Shown here in pieces: positions 22,786-30,200 of a stretch of 44,307 nucleotides of DNA; positions within the stretch are counted from its first letter, which is position 1; the number at the start of each line of letters is the position of its first letter. The notes under the pieces were generated by a model. That model searched no databases and was not told the origin of the DNA. It worked only from the letters and a program-made list of their open reading frames with translations. The position numbers and the translations under genes are program-made. The stretch lies in the IMG/VR virus record IMGVR_UViG_3300045988_060455, positions 1 to 44,307 of that record; one strand, 5' to 3'. The stretch is from a virus.

Positions 22786-22977
22786 ATGACATTAGGATTT
22801 GCGATGTTCGCCGCAACGTTTATGGTTGCTGTTGTTGCAGCTATTATTGCAGTCTGCTATGCGCTTGTCTGGCTGCTGTACGATCACCCCATAGCTCTTG
22901 CAGCAACTACCGCTTTTATGATTTGGATGCTTGCTGTGGCTCTGATCTACAAAGCAGGTAATGGCACAGCATTATAA
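22786..22977 (+). CDS. Small two-TM membrane protein
   Basis: GGAGGA RBS. 63 aa, almost entirely hydrophobic. Confidence 0.6.
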   Translation: MTLGFAMFAATFMVAVVAAIIAVCYALVWLLYDHPIALAATTAFMIWMLAVALIYKAGNGTAL

Positions 22978-23140
22978 AATCGACTGCGGCAAGGCGGACG
23001 ACCGGAAGGAACTGGCCGTTATTCTGGTGATGAATGGCTACACCGTCCGCATGGGCAAGGAAAAGCGCAGTAACAAATCTACTTTGACCTATTTTGTGGA
23101 GTATTGGAGGCCCGAAGATGAGCGAGAAAATGAGCACTGA
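22961..23140 (+). CDS. Small hypothetical protein (59 aa, below the track cutoff)
   Basis: MAQHYKIDCGKADDRKELAVILVMNGYTVRMGKEKRSNKSTLTYFVEYW.. looks like a compact alpha/beta protein. Confidence 0.45.
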   Translation: MAQHYKIDCGKADDRKELAVILVMNGYTVRMGKEKRSNKSTLTYFVEYWRPEDERENEH

Positions 23141-23396
23141 ACGCGCGGCAGAGATCCTCAACCCGGCGCACCGCGGGAGTTACGAGAGTATGGAGCCAGT
23201 GAACGAGGCTTGCAGGATGGGCCGGGCTGCTCTCCTGCTGAAGATTCCTCGCAGCCCCTTCCCGGATGGCGACAAGAGTATTCTGGCTTGCCCCAACTGC
23301 GGCAGCGGTGAATACCTGCACAACATCGACACGGCCCGGAACGTGTTCTGCGGCCAGTGTGGACAGGCTATCAAGTGGGAGGACGACGATGAATGA
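23118..23396 (+). CDS. Zinc-ribbon protein
   Basis: ATG 23118 behind GGAGG. CPNCG..CGQCG. Confidence 0.6.
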   Translation: MSEKMSTERAAEILNPAHRGSYESMEPVNEACRMGRAALLLKIPRSPFPDGDKSILACPNCGSGEYLHNIDTARNVFCGQCGQAIKWEDDDE

Positions 23397-23583
23397 TCAA
23401 GCGAAATCCAACCCTGAAACCGACACTATGAGTCCGGAGGAAATGGCCCGTTATTTGATGGGGTTTTGCCGTTGCTATTTGGCGACAGGAAATGGTTGCC
23501 CAGGTTGCCCGTTCGATAAGCCGACCAGTAACGATGGCGATGGAGAATGCCGTCTCGGTGTTCCTTCCGACTGGGACTTTTGA
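23389..23583 (+). CDS. Small Cys-rich protein
   Basis: MNDQAK..FCRCYLATGNGCPGCPF..GECRLG. 64 aa. Confidence 0.5.
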   Translation: MNDQAKSNPETDTMSPEEMARYLMGFCRCYLATGNGCPGCPFDKPTSNDGDGECRLGVPSDWDF

Positions 23584-23599
23584 GGAGGAGAAGTGAAGC

Positions 23600-23932
23600 A
23601 TGAAAACCGAAAAGAGAATGATCTGCTTTATCGTGTCAGCAGCATTGCTGATTGTGACGCTGTGGTTTACATCCTGCGGTGCGGCCACTGCCGAGGCAGG
23701 AGCTGAAAGAAAGCCATGCTACCATGTCACGGTCTATTCTCCTGGCATTGTAGATGGATCATACGCAGCCCGGCGGTATCCGAAGTATACCATCACCGTG
23801 GACACTTTTGAAGATCTGGTTCCCACAGATATTTATAGCCGTGAAAGAGATTACCAACTTCTTCAAATCCCTCTTGGAGATGGCCGCTTTGAGTTGGTGT
23901 CCACCTCGCTGGTGGAAATCGAGTATTACTGA
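23600..23932 (+). CDS. Secreted protein or possible lipoprotein
   Basis: Signal-like MICFIVSAALLIVTLWFTSCG, with an imperfect lipobox. Confidence 0.6.
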   Translation: MKTEKRMICFIVSAALLIVTLWFTSCGAATAEAGAERKPCYHVTVYSPGIVDGSYAARRYPKYTITVDTFEDLVPTDIYSRERDYQLLQIPLGDGRFELVSTSLVEIEYY

Positions 23933-23948
23933 AGGGAGAGACGTGAGC

Positions 23949-24533
23949 ATGAAAGCTGTTTTGCTGAGCATTCGGCCCAACTGGTGCAAGAAAATCGCAA
24001 ACCTGCGGAAGACGGTTGAAATTCGCAAAACTGCGCCAAACCTTGAAGTGCCGTTCAAATGCTACATCTACTGCACAAAAGCTCCAAAGAAACTCATTAC
24101 GATTTTCAGAGATGGCGAAGAATCGTATGATGGAGAAATCTATCACGGAAAGACCAAGTTTATCACATGGGATGGCATTGGTGTGCCAGATGATATAGAC
24201 AGCGCCATGCAGATGGTTATTGGCGAGTTCGTCTGCGATAACATCCGACGCATTGGACCTGAATACTGTGTCGTCAAAGAAGATATCGAATCTGCAATTT
24301 CTGGAAGCTGTCTCACAGTACCGCAAGTCAAAGACTATGCCGGATGGAAGTCCGGGATGAGTTATGCAGATTTGAAAGACTTGTATGGCTGGCACATTTC
24401 CGACCTGAAAATTTACGACCGCCCACGACCGTTAAGTGATTTCACAAGACTGCGGGCAACAAAATTTGGCTATGAGTCTGTAGAGATTCAGCGTCCGCCT
24501 CAAAGCTGGTACTACGTGGAGGACGGCAGATGA
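23949..24533 (+). CDS. ASCH (PUA-like) domain protein
   Basis: MKAVLLSIRPNWCKKIANLRKTVEIRK.. is a typical ASCH N-terminus. Confidence 0.65.
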   Translation: MKAVLLSIRPNWCKKIANLRKTVEIRKTAPNLEVPFKCYIYCTKAPKKLITIFRDGEESYDGEIYHGKTKFITWDGIGVPDDIDSAMQMVIGEFVCDNIRRIGPEYCVVKEDIESAISGSCLTVPQVKDYAGWKSGMSYADLKDLYGWHISDLKIYDRPRPLSDFTRLRATKFGYESVEIQRPPQSWYYVEDGR

Positions 24534-24907
24534 AATTAACCCTCTACGGCGATCCGCACACCAAGAAAAACTCTGCCCGCATTCTCCGCACGCGCTCTGG
24601 CACCCCATTTGTGGCCCCCAGCAAGGCATACGTGGATTATGAGACGGACTGCCTGCGGCAAATCAAAAGGCCGCGCAGCCCCATCTCTGCCCGCGTGAAC
24701 GTGAGGTGCGTGTACTACATGAAGACCGCCCGCCGGGTCGATCTGGCAAACCTCATCGAGGCTACAACGGACATTCTGGTAAAAGCCCGCGTGCTGGAAG
24801 ACGACAACAGCAAGATCGTCGTCGCCCACGATGGCAGCAGGGTGAAGCTTGACCGGAAGAACCCCCGGGCGGAAATTGAGATTGAAGAAATGGAGGTATA
24901 TACATGA
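24530..24907 (+). CDS. rusA: RusA-family Holliday junction resolvase
   Basis: ..YGDPHTKKNS..DLANLIEATTDILVKARVLEDDNSKIV.. follows the RusA pattern. 125 aa. Confidence 0.8.
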   Translation: MKLTLYGDPHTKKNSARILRTRSGTPFVAPSKAYVDYETDCLRQIKRPRSPISARVNVRCVYYMKTARRVDLANLIEATTDILVKARVLEDDNSKIVVAHDGSRVKLDRKNPRAEIEIEEMEVYT

Positions 24908-25077
24908 TTGGAGAAATTTGGATTCAAGCAAATATGACTGAGAATGGAACTGTTCATCTTTTGGTTGCGCCTGGTATTGCCGATAGAATCAAGGACGTTG
25001 TCGTTTACGAAATCGGTAGCCCTGACGTAAAGGGCAAGTTTGAGGAGGAAAACAATGACCCGCACATGGATACCTGA
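24904..25077 (+). CDS. Small hypothetical protein (57 aa)
   Basis: ATGA overlap with the rusA stop. Below the track cutoff. Confidence 0.4.
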   Translation: MIGEIWIQANMTENGTVHLLVAPGIADRIKDVVVYEIGSPDVKGKFEEENNDPHMDT

Positions 25078-25510
25078 CACCGACACGCCGAGGCCGGACG
25101 GAAACGATTACCTCACCGTTAAGGCGTGGCTGAACCGCTACCGCGAAGCAGAGAAAAGATACTACTTGCTGTCTGACCGTCTGGCCGAAGCACAGGAGGC
25201 CACCCGGCACATCACCCAGAGCCTCAGCGCGGCCCCCGGCGGCAGCAAAGATGGCCAGAGCCTTGCCCGGGCGGTGGAACGCGAGGAGGAAGCGGAGCGC
25301 CGCGCTTATGAGCAAAGAGCGGTCTGCGACAGGCTGTTCCTCGAGATCAGAAACGCGCTCTCCCAGATCCAGAACGAGAAAGCATACACGGTGCTGTACA
25401 AGTACTATCTTGATTGCCTCACGTGGGACAGGGTCGCAAAAGATATGAATTACTCTCTGCGCATGGTCTATGTCTTGCGGCGCAAAGCAATGGAGGAACT
25501 GAGCCTTTAA
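25055..25510 (+). CDS. Late-gene transcriptional activator (sigma-70 region-4-like, RinA/ArpU class)
   Basis: ATG 25055 behind GAGGAGG. C-terminal ..AYTVLYKYYLDCLTWDRVAKDMNYSLRMVYVLRRKAMEEL. It is the last gene before the packaging module. Confidence 0.65.
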   Translation: MTRTWIPDTDTPRPDGNDYLTVKAWLNRYREAEKRYYLLSDRLAEAQEATRHITQSLSAAPGGSKDGQSLARAVEREEEAERRAYEQRAVCDRLFLEIRNALSQIQNEKAYTVLYKYYLDCLTWDRVAKDMNYSLRMVYVLRRKAMEELSL

Positions 25511-25694
25511 AAAAATTGCACTGTCATTACATTGCGGTTTCACTATCGCATGGTGTAAAATTGTATCATCGGAAAAGCCAAAAGGCAAACCGATGCACGC
25601 AGCCTCCGAAACGTGTCCCTTCTTAGCATTTTCCTCCTTTTCTGTTTGCAGGTACTGGGCTTTGCTCTCTTTTCGCGTTTCGCGCTGCTTCTAT

Positions 25695-25768
25695 GCGATA
25701 CACTGACATAAAGGCAGCCTGCCGCTCATGAGAGGAAGGAGACGGTTCGATTCCGCCGTATCGCACCA
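25695..25768 (+). ncRNA. tRNA-shaped module A (non-canonical)
   Basis: A perfect 7-bp acceptor (gcgatac/gtatcgc), T arm gacgg-TTCGATT-ccgcc and an encoded ACCA. The D arm lacks GG. No 5-bp anticodon stem can be drawn around ..gCTCATGa.. Confidence 0.5.
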
Positions 25769-25770
25769 TA

Positions 25771-25882
25771 TGGCGCATGGACCAGACAACCCGAAAGGCC
25801 GCACGTGCAACCTCCCGTGCCAAGAAAAGGCCTTAGAATCCTTGCCAAGGTGTAGCTTTCCTGACAGGATGTGCGCCAACCA
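25771..25882 (+). ncRNA. Structured module B closed by an acceptor-like helix plus ACCA
   Basis: tggcgca (25771-25777) pairs with tgcgcca (25872-25878), followed by A and CCA. The interior has nested helices: aaggcc/ggcctt enclosing gcacg/cgtgc, plus atcct/aggat. Confidence 0.4.
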
Positions 25883-25883
25883 A

Positions 25884-25913
25884 CAGCCCCGGCGGCGAAC
25901 CGGAGCTGTTTTT
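25884..25913 (+). terminator. Hairpin plus T-run inside the RNA locus
   Basis: cagccccgg / ccggagctg (8 of 9 bp) followed by ttttt, immediately before module C. Confidence 0.45.
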
Positions 25914-25917
25914 ATAT

Positions 25918-25988
25918 GGCCGCCTGAGCGCAGTTTGGAGCGCGGCGCGTGTGTGTAGACATGGCTGGTTCGATTCCAAGGGCGGCTC
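25918..25988 (+). ncRNA. tRNA-shaped module C (non-canonical)
   Basis: Acceptor ggccgcc/ggcggct (one G-U pair), D arm gcgc-AGTTTGGA-gcgc and a TTCGATT loop with only a 3-bp stem. The anticodon region gcgcgtgtgtgtagaca does not pair. Confidence 0.4.
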
Positions 25989-25992
25989 TTAT

Positions 25993-26065
25993 ACTCCAGT
26001 AGCTCAAGTGGTAGAGCAGCGGTCTCCAAAACCGCATGTTGCAGGTTCGAGTCCTGCCGGGAGTG
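25993..26065 (+). tRNA. tRNA-Trp (anticodon CCA)
   Basis: A 73-nt cloverleaf: acceptor actccag/cgggagt (one A-G mismatch), D arm gctc-AAGTGGTA-gagc, anticodon arm gcggt-CTCCAAA-accgc, T arm gcagg-TTCGAGT-cctgc. Confidence 0.8.
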
Positions 26066-26187
26066 CTTGCGTGCCCTATGAGGGAGCGGCGCAATAGCGG
26101 GGCATCCGGCCGCGAAAGTTCCGGGTGCAGCAGCGCCCACCGTTTGACGCCTGTCCAACGAACTGAATGCACGGGCGCTGCTTATAT

Positions 26188-26323
26188 GCCGTCATAGCTC
26201 AACTGGAAGAGCGCCGCCCATTTAAGGCGGGACAACGTTGGTGACACCACGGGAACATCACTGCACAGCCAACCACTGCGCACATCCATTCCGTGGGTGC
26301 CGGTTCGAATCCGGTTGGCGGCT
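26188..26323 (+). tRNA. tRNA-Lys(UUU)-like with A33 and a 68-nt variable-region insertion
   Basis: Acceptor gccgtca/tggcggc, D arm gctc-AACTGGAA-gagc, anticodon arm ccgcc-CATTTAA-ggcgg, a 68-nt insert (26231-26298) with the ccacgg/ccgtgg helix, then T arm gccgg-TTCGAAT-ccggt. Confidence 0.55.
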
Positions 26324-26336
26324 AGCGTGATTTTAG

Positions 26337-26358
26337 AGTGTCCACAGTGGACACTTTT
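26337..26358 (+). promoter_or_regulatory. Perfect inverted repeat plus T-run
   Basis: agtgtccac-a-gtggacact followed by ttt. It is either a terminator of the RNA array or a protein-binding site. Confidence 0.45.
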
Positions 26359-26375
26359 GGAGAGGAGGCATACAA

Positions 26376-26603
26376 ATGTTTGAGCGCTTGAAAGAACTGA
26401 TTTGCGACATGGCAAAGTTTTTGACGCGTCTCGGCGCTGGCCTTATCCTCTCAGCCTTACCGATCAGCAACAAAGAAAGCCACTTTGTGCGCTATGCACG
26501 GAGTTTCGGTTTCCGTGCAGACCACACAAAACGCGAGCCTCGGGCAGAGATCGGAGGCCGTGGCTGTATCCAAGGAGCACGGCCTGCTATCCGTGCGGAT
26601 TAA
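26376..26603 (+). CDS. Doubtful small ORF inside the RNA-rich region
   Basis: Strong RBS (GGAGAGGAGG) and ATG. Only the first ~30 aa look protein-like, and the DNA is full of hairpins: gcacgga/tccgtgc, ggccgtg/cacggcc, atccg/cggat. Confidence 0.3.
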   Translation: MFERLKELICDMAKFLTRLGAGLILSALPISNKESHFVRYARSFGFRADHTKREPRAEIGGRGCIQGARPAIRAD

Positions 26604-26625
26604 CCGCTGCTGATACAATACAATT

Positions 26626-26677
26626 AAAAACCAGCTTTTTGCATGATGAGCTCCATGCAGCAAAGCTGGTTTTTCTT
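26626..26677 (+). terminator. Long hairpin terminator preceding tRNA-CAT
   Basis: accagcttt/aaagctggt and tgcatg/catgca stack into one stem, followed by ttttt. Confidence 0.7.
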
Positions 26678-26679
26678 AT

Positions 26680-26753
26680 GCCGCTTTAGCTCAGTCGGCC
26701 AGAGCATCCGGCTCATAACCGGACGTGTGCAGGTTCGAGCCCTGCAAGCGGCA
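26680..26753 (+). tRNA. tRNA with CAT anticodon (Met elongator or Ile2-lysidine type)
   Basis: A 74-nt canonical cloverleaf: gccgctt / D arm gctc-AGTCGGCCA-gagc / tccgg-CTCATAA-ccgga / gcagg-TTCGAGC-cctgc / aagcggc-a. The G1-C72 pair argues against an initiator. Confidence 0.85.
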
Positions 26754-26823
26754 CATTCGATATTTTGACCGTTCGGATTTCCGGGCGGTTTTTCTTTTGC
26801 GTGAGTTTAGAGAGGTGGTGGCG

Positions 26824-27291
26824 GTGAGCGCGAAGCGGCTGACAGACAGACAAAAAAAGAAGATCATTGCTGACTATGTGCAGCTGCAGAGCTACGCCAG
26901 AACCGCAAAGCTGAACGACGTGGCAGAAAGCACCGTGCGGAAAATCGTGAAAGATAATCCCAAGTGCGCGGATTTGTGCGCCTTAAAAAAAGAGCAGAAC
27001 ACGCAGGACATGCTTTCCTACTTAGGAAGCAAGCGCGGGGAAGCACAGGATCTTCTCGGGCTGTACCTTCAGGCGATGGCAGACCCTGACAAGATCGCAG
27101 AGGCAACGCTGCCACAGCTGTCTACGGCGTTCGGCACCATCGTGGATAAGTTTGTTATGCTGGGAGACCAGAGCGGCATAGAAGCCCCGGACGATGGCCT
27201 GCTTGAGGCTCTGAGCGCTGCCGCAGACATCAGCCCGCCGGATGACGTGGAGATGCTGCCGGAGGAAGAGGACGACCATGCGGAAAAGTAA
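26824..27291 (+). CDS. terS: Terminase small subunit
   Basis: GTG 26824 behind GAGAGGTGG; the upstream part of the track ORF overlaps the tRNA. N-terminal HTH-like ..RQKKKIIADYVQLQSYARTAKLNDVAESTVRKIV and an acidic C-terminus. It overlaps terL. Confidence 0.7.
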   Translation: MSAKRLTDRQKKKIIADYVQLQSYARTAKLNDVAESTVRKIVKDNPKCADLCALKKEQNTQDMLSYLGSKRGEAQDLLGLYLQAMADPDKIAEATLPQLSTAFGTIVDKFVMLGDQSGIEAPDDGLLEALSAAADISPPDDVEMLPEEEDDHAEK

Positions 27292-28525
27292 CGGTTTTCG
27301 CTGGAAAGCCCTCAGCCAGCGGCAAAAGATGGTTCTTTGCTGGTGGACACCGCAGAGCACATACAGCGGCTACAACGGAATCATTGCAGATGGCGCTATT
27401 CGCTCGGGCAAGACCTTTGCCATGAGCTTCTCTTTCGTCCAGTGGGCTATGACCTGCTACAGCGGCCAGCAGTTTGCCATGTGCGGCAAGACCATTGCCA
27501 GCTTCCGGCGCAACGTTCTGGGCACACTCAAGCAGCAACTTGCAGCCCGTGGCTACAACGTCAAGGAGCACCGCGCCGAAAACTGCATGACCGTCAGCAA
27601 GGGCGGCAGGGCCAACGAGTTTTACTTTTTCGGCGGCAAGGACGAGAGCAGTCAGGACCTGATCCAGGGCATCACCCTTGCCGGAGCATTCTTCGACGAG
27701 GTGGCCCTGATGCCGCAGAGCTTCGTCAATCAGGCCACGGCCCGCTGCTCTGTCACCGGGTCAAAGTTCTGGTTCAACTGCAACCCGGGCAGCCCACAGC
27801 ACTGGTTTTATCTCGAGTGGGTGCGCAAGTGCCGTTCCCGCAAGATGATGTATCTCCATTTCACGATGGACGACAACCTGTCACTTTCCGAGGACATCAA
27901 GGCCAGATACCGCAGCCAGTACAGCGGCGTTTTCTATCAGCGCTATATTCTGGGCCTGTGGACCGTGGCCGAGGGCCTTGTATATGACATGTTCGACCGC
28001 AAGAAGCACGTTGTTGATGTGCTGCCGCAGCTTTCGCCAAAGAGCGCCTATGTGGCGTGCGACTTTGGCACCCAGAACGCAACGGTTTTTTTGCTGTTCC
28101 AGAAGCGGGCAGATGCAGACTGCTGGATCGTCACCCGGGAGTACTACTACAGCGGCCGGGAACAGAAGCGGCAAAAGACCGTGGGCGAGTACGTCACAGA
28201 CCTCAAGGCGTGGCTGAACGGCATCAAGCCGGAGAGGATCATCGTTGACCCCTCTGCCCTGCCCCTGATTACAGAGCTGCGCAAGAACGGCTTTACCCAG
28301 ACGCCCGCAAACAACGACGTCCTGAGCGGCATTCTGGACGTGCAGACCATGCTGCAGACCGGGCGGTTGAAGATCTACAAAGACTGCAAGCACACGCTGG
28401 AAGAGTTTGGCGTGTACGCTTGGGATCCAGATAAAGACGACACCGTGCTGAAGGTCAACGACCACTGCATGGACGCTATCCGCTACTTCGTGCGCACAAA
28501 GCGCCTTGTGAAACTGAGGGATTGA
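27278..28525 (+). CDS. terL: Terminase large subunit (PBSX/Terminase_3 type)
   Basis: Walker A-like ADGAIRSGKT, ..FFDEVALM.., and the C-terminal nuclease motif ..NDHCMDAIRY. Confidence 0.9.
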   Translation: MRKSNGFRWKALSQRQKMVLCWWTPQSTYSGYNGIIADGAIRSGKTFAMSFSFVQWAMTCYSGQQFAMCGKTIASFRRNVLGTLKQQLAARGYNVKEHRAENCMTVSKGGRANEFYFFGGKDESSQDLIQGITLAGAFFDEVALMPQSFVNQATARCSVTGSKFWFNCNPGSPQHWFYLEWVRKCRSRKMMYLHFTMDDNLSLSEDIKARYRSQYSGVFYQRYILGLWTVAEGLVYDMFDRKKHVVDVLPQLSPKSAYVACDFGTQNATVFLLFQKRADADCWIVTREYYYSGREQKRQKTVGEYVTDLKAWLNGIKPERIIVDPSALPLITELRKNGFTQTPANNDVLSGILDVQTMLQTGRLKIYKDCKHTLEEFGVYAWDPDKDDTVLKVNDHCMDAIRYFVRTKRLVKLRD

Positions 28526-29907
28526 TTTTGAGCACTGTATACACATTCCAGACCTTCCAGCAGGCGCAAGCCGCCGGGGAACAGCCTGATTTCATCCGGC
28601 GGTTCGTGCAGCAGCACTGCGCTTCCGGATTGTACAAGATGGCGCTGGACGCCGACCTGTACGATGCCCAGAAAAACCCGGGGGCTGAACGCTTCGCGCA
28701 GGCTTACGCTTTGATGCTGAAACGCCTGTCCAAAAACACAAAGCAGGATGTTCTGCACCCCGATATGGTCAAGAGCAATCTTTTCCGGCGGCTCAACAAA
28801 CAGCGGGCGACCTACTCCCTCGGCAACGGTGTGGTCTTTGCGGACGAGGGCGTGGACAAGGACAGGCTGGGGCAGAACTTTGATGAACAGATCCAGAAGG
28901 CCGGATATTTCGCCCTGATCCACGGCGAGAGCTTTGGATTCTGGAACAACGACCACTTGGTAGTTTTCAAGCTGACAGAGTTCGCTCCCCTGTACGATGA
29001 AAAAACAGGCCTTTTGCAGGCGGGTGTGCGCTTCTGGCGGCTGAACCCGGACACGGATATGCACTACATCCTGTACGAGCTGGACGGCTTTACCGAGTAC
29101 ACAGAAAGCAAAATCGGCAATGTGATGCAGGAGACCGTAAAAAAGCAGGCATACAAGAGCGTGACCGTCACCACACCCGGCGGCGGGCTGGAAAGCGTAG
29201 AGGGCGAAAACTACAGCGCTCTTCCCATTGTGCCGTTGTGGGGCTCCGACCTGCACCAGAGCACCCTTGTGGGGCTGAAAGCCTACATTGACAACACCGA
29301 TCTGGTGATGTCCGGCTTCTGCAATGACTTGCAGGACTTTTCGCAGATCTACTGGCTGTGCGAGAACTTCAACGGCATGACCGATGACGAGTTGCAGGAG
29401 TTCCTCGTCAAGCTGAATTTGTACCACATTGCAGGTGCAGACACCAGCGAGGGCGGCAAGATCACCCCCTACACCAACGAGATCCCCGTGACGGCCCGGC
29501 AGGCGCTGTTGGAGCTGCTCCACACCCGGGTCTATGAGGACTTCGGCGGTCTGGATGTGCATTGCGTCAGCGCGGACAGCACCAACGACCATCTGGATGC
29601 AGCCTATGAACCGCTGAACCAGAACGCAGACGACTTCGAGGCGCAGGTCAAGCCGTTTATCCGGCAGATCTGCGCACTGGCTGGCTTTGAAAACGCTATG
29701 CCGGCATTCAACCGCAGCAAGATCACCAACACGGCCGAGCAGGTTAGCATGGTGATTTCTGAGGCACCGATCATCGGGCAGGACATGGCCATTGACCTGC
29801 TGCCCAACCTGACCCCGGAACAAAAGGAGCAGGCCAAGGCCGCGCTGATGGCCGAGAGCGCAACACGGGAGACCGTGGAGGAGGACGCAGACGATGGCGA
29901 ATCTTAA
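28522..29907 (+). CDS. Portal protein (SPP1 gp6-like)
   Basis: 461 aa, immediately after terL. TTG start overlaps the terL stop. Acidic C-terminus. Confidence 0.8.
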   Translation: MILSTVYTFQTFQQAQAAGEQPDFIRRFVQQHCASGLYKMALDADLYDAQKNPGAERFAQAYALMLKRLSKNTKQDVLHPDMVKSNLFRRLNKQRATYSLGNGVVFADEGVDKDRLGQNFDEQIQKAGYFALIHGESFGFWNNDHLVVFKLTEFAPLYDEKTGLLQAGVRFWRLNPDTDMHYILYELDGFTEYTESKIGNVMQETVKKQAYKSVTVTTPGGGLESVEGENYSALPIVPLWGSDLHQSTLVGLKAYIDNTDLVMSGFCNDLQDFSQIYWLCENFNGMTDDELQEFLVKLNLYHIAGADTSEGGKITPYTNEIPVTARQALLELLHTRVYEDFGGLDVHCVSADSTNDHLDAAYEPLNQNADDFEAQVKPFIRQICALAGFENAMPAFNRSKITNTAEQVSMVISEAPIIGQDMAIDLLPNLTPEQKEQAKAALMAESATRETVEEDADDGES

Positions 29908-30112
29908 AATCCCGATGGAGGGGAAAATCGAAATCGAGCTTTCAGAAGAAGCAGAAAATGTTATGCAACGGTTCATTTCCGCTGTTGAGCTGCTGCAGGG
30001 AACAACTATTGATATCACAAGGCCAAACGTGCGGATGGTCGGCATTGATGCGTTTGGACGACCGCAGTTTGAAAAAGAGGAGGAGGACGAAGATGGAACA
30101 GATGAAGCGTGA
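29894..30112 (+). CDS. Small acidic hypothetical protein
   Basis: 72 aa, overlapping the portal gene end. Confidence 0.5.
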   Translation: MANLKIPMEGKIEIELSEEAENVMQRFISAVELLQGTTIDITRPNVRMVGIDAFGRPQFEKEEEDEDGTDEA

Positions 30113-30200
30113 TATTTGCGCCGCAGTTTTTGGCTTTTTCTTTGGCTGCGGGGTAAGCTCGTTTATCATTAACGTTGCAAAGCTTGTGATGCACTTATGA
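30093..30200 (+). CDS. Small single-TM peptide (35 aa)
   Basis: GAGGAGGAGGA RBS. MEQMKRDICAAVFGFFFGCGVSSFIINVAKLVMHL. Its stop overlaps the next start (ATGA). Confidence 0.4.
   Translation: MEQMKRDICAAVFGFFFGCGVSSFIINVAKLVMHL

Noticed and set aside
25623-26689. Track ORFs across the tRNA/RNA locus: 25623-25823(-), 25691-26158(-), 25728-25958(+), 25912-26172(-), 26182-26415(-), 26402-26689(+) and 26457-26663(-).
   Set aside because: They overlap canonical tRNA cloverleaves and dense hairpins, lack ribosome-binding sites and have non-protein-like composition. The region is better explained as RNA genes.
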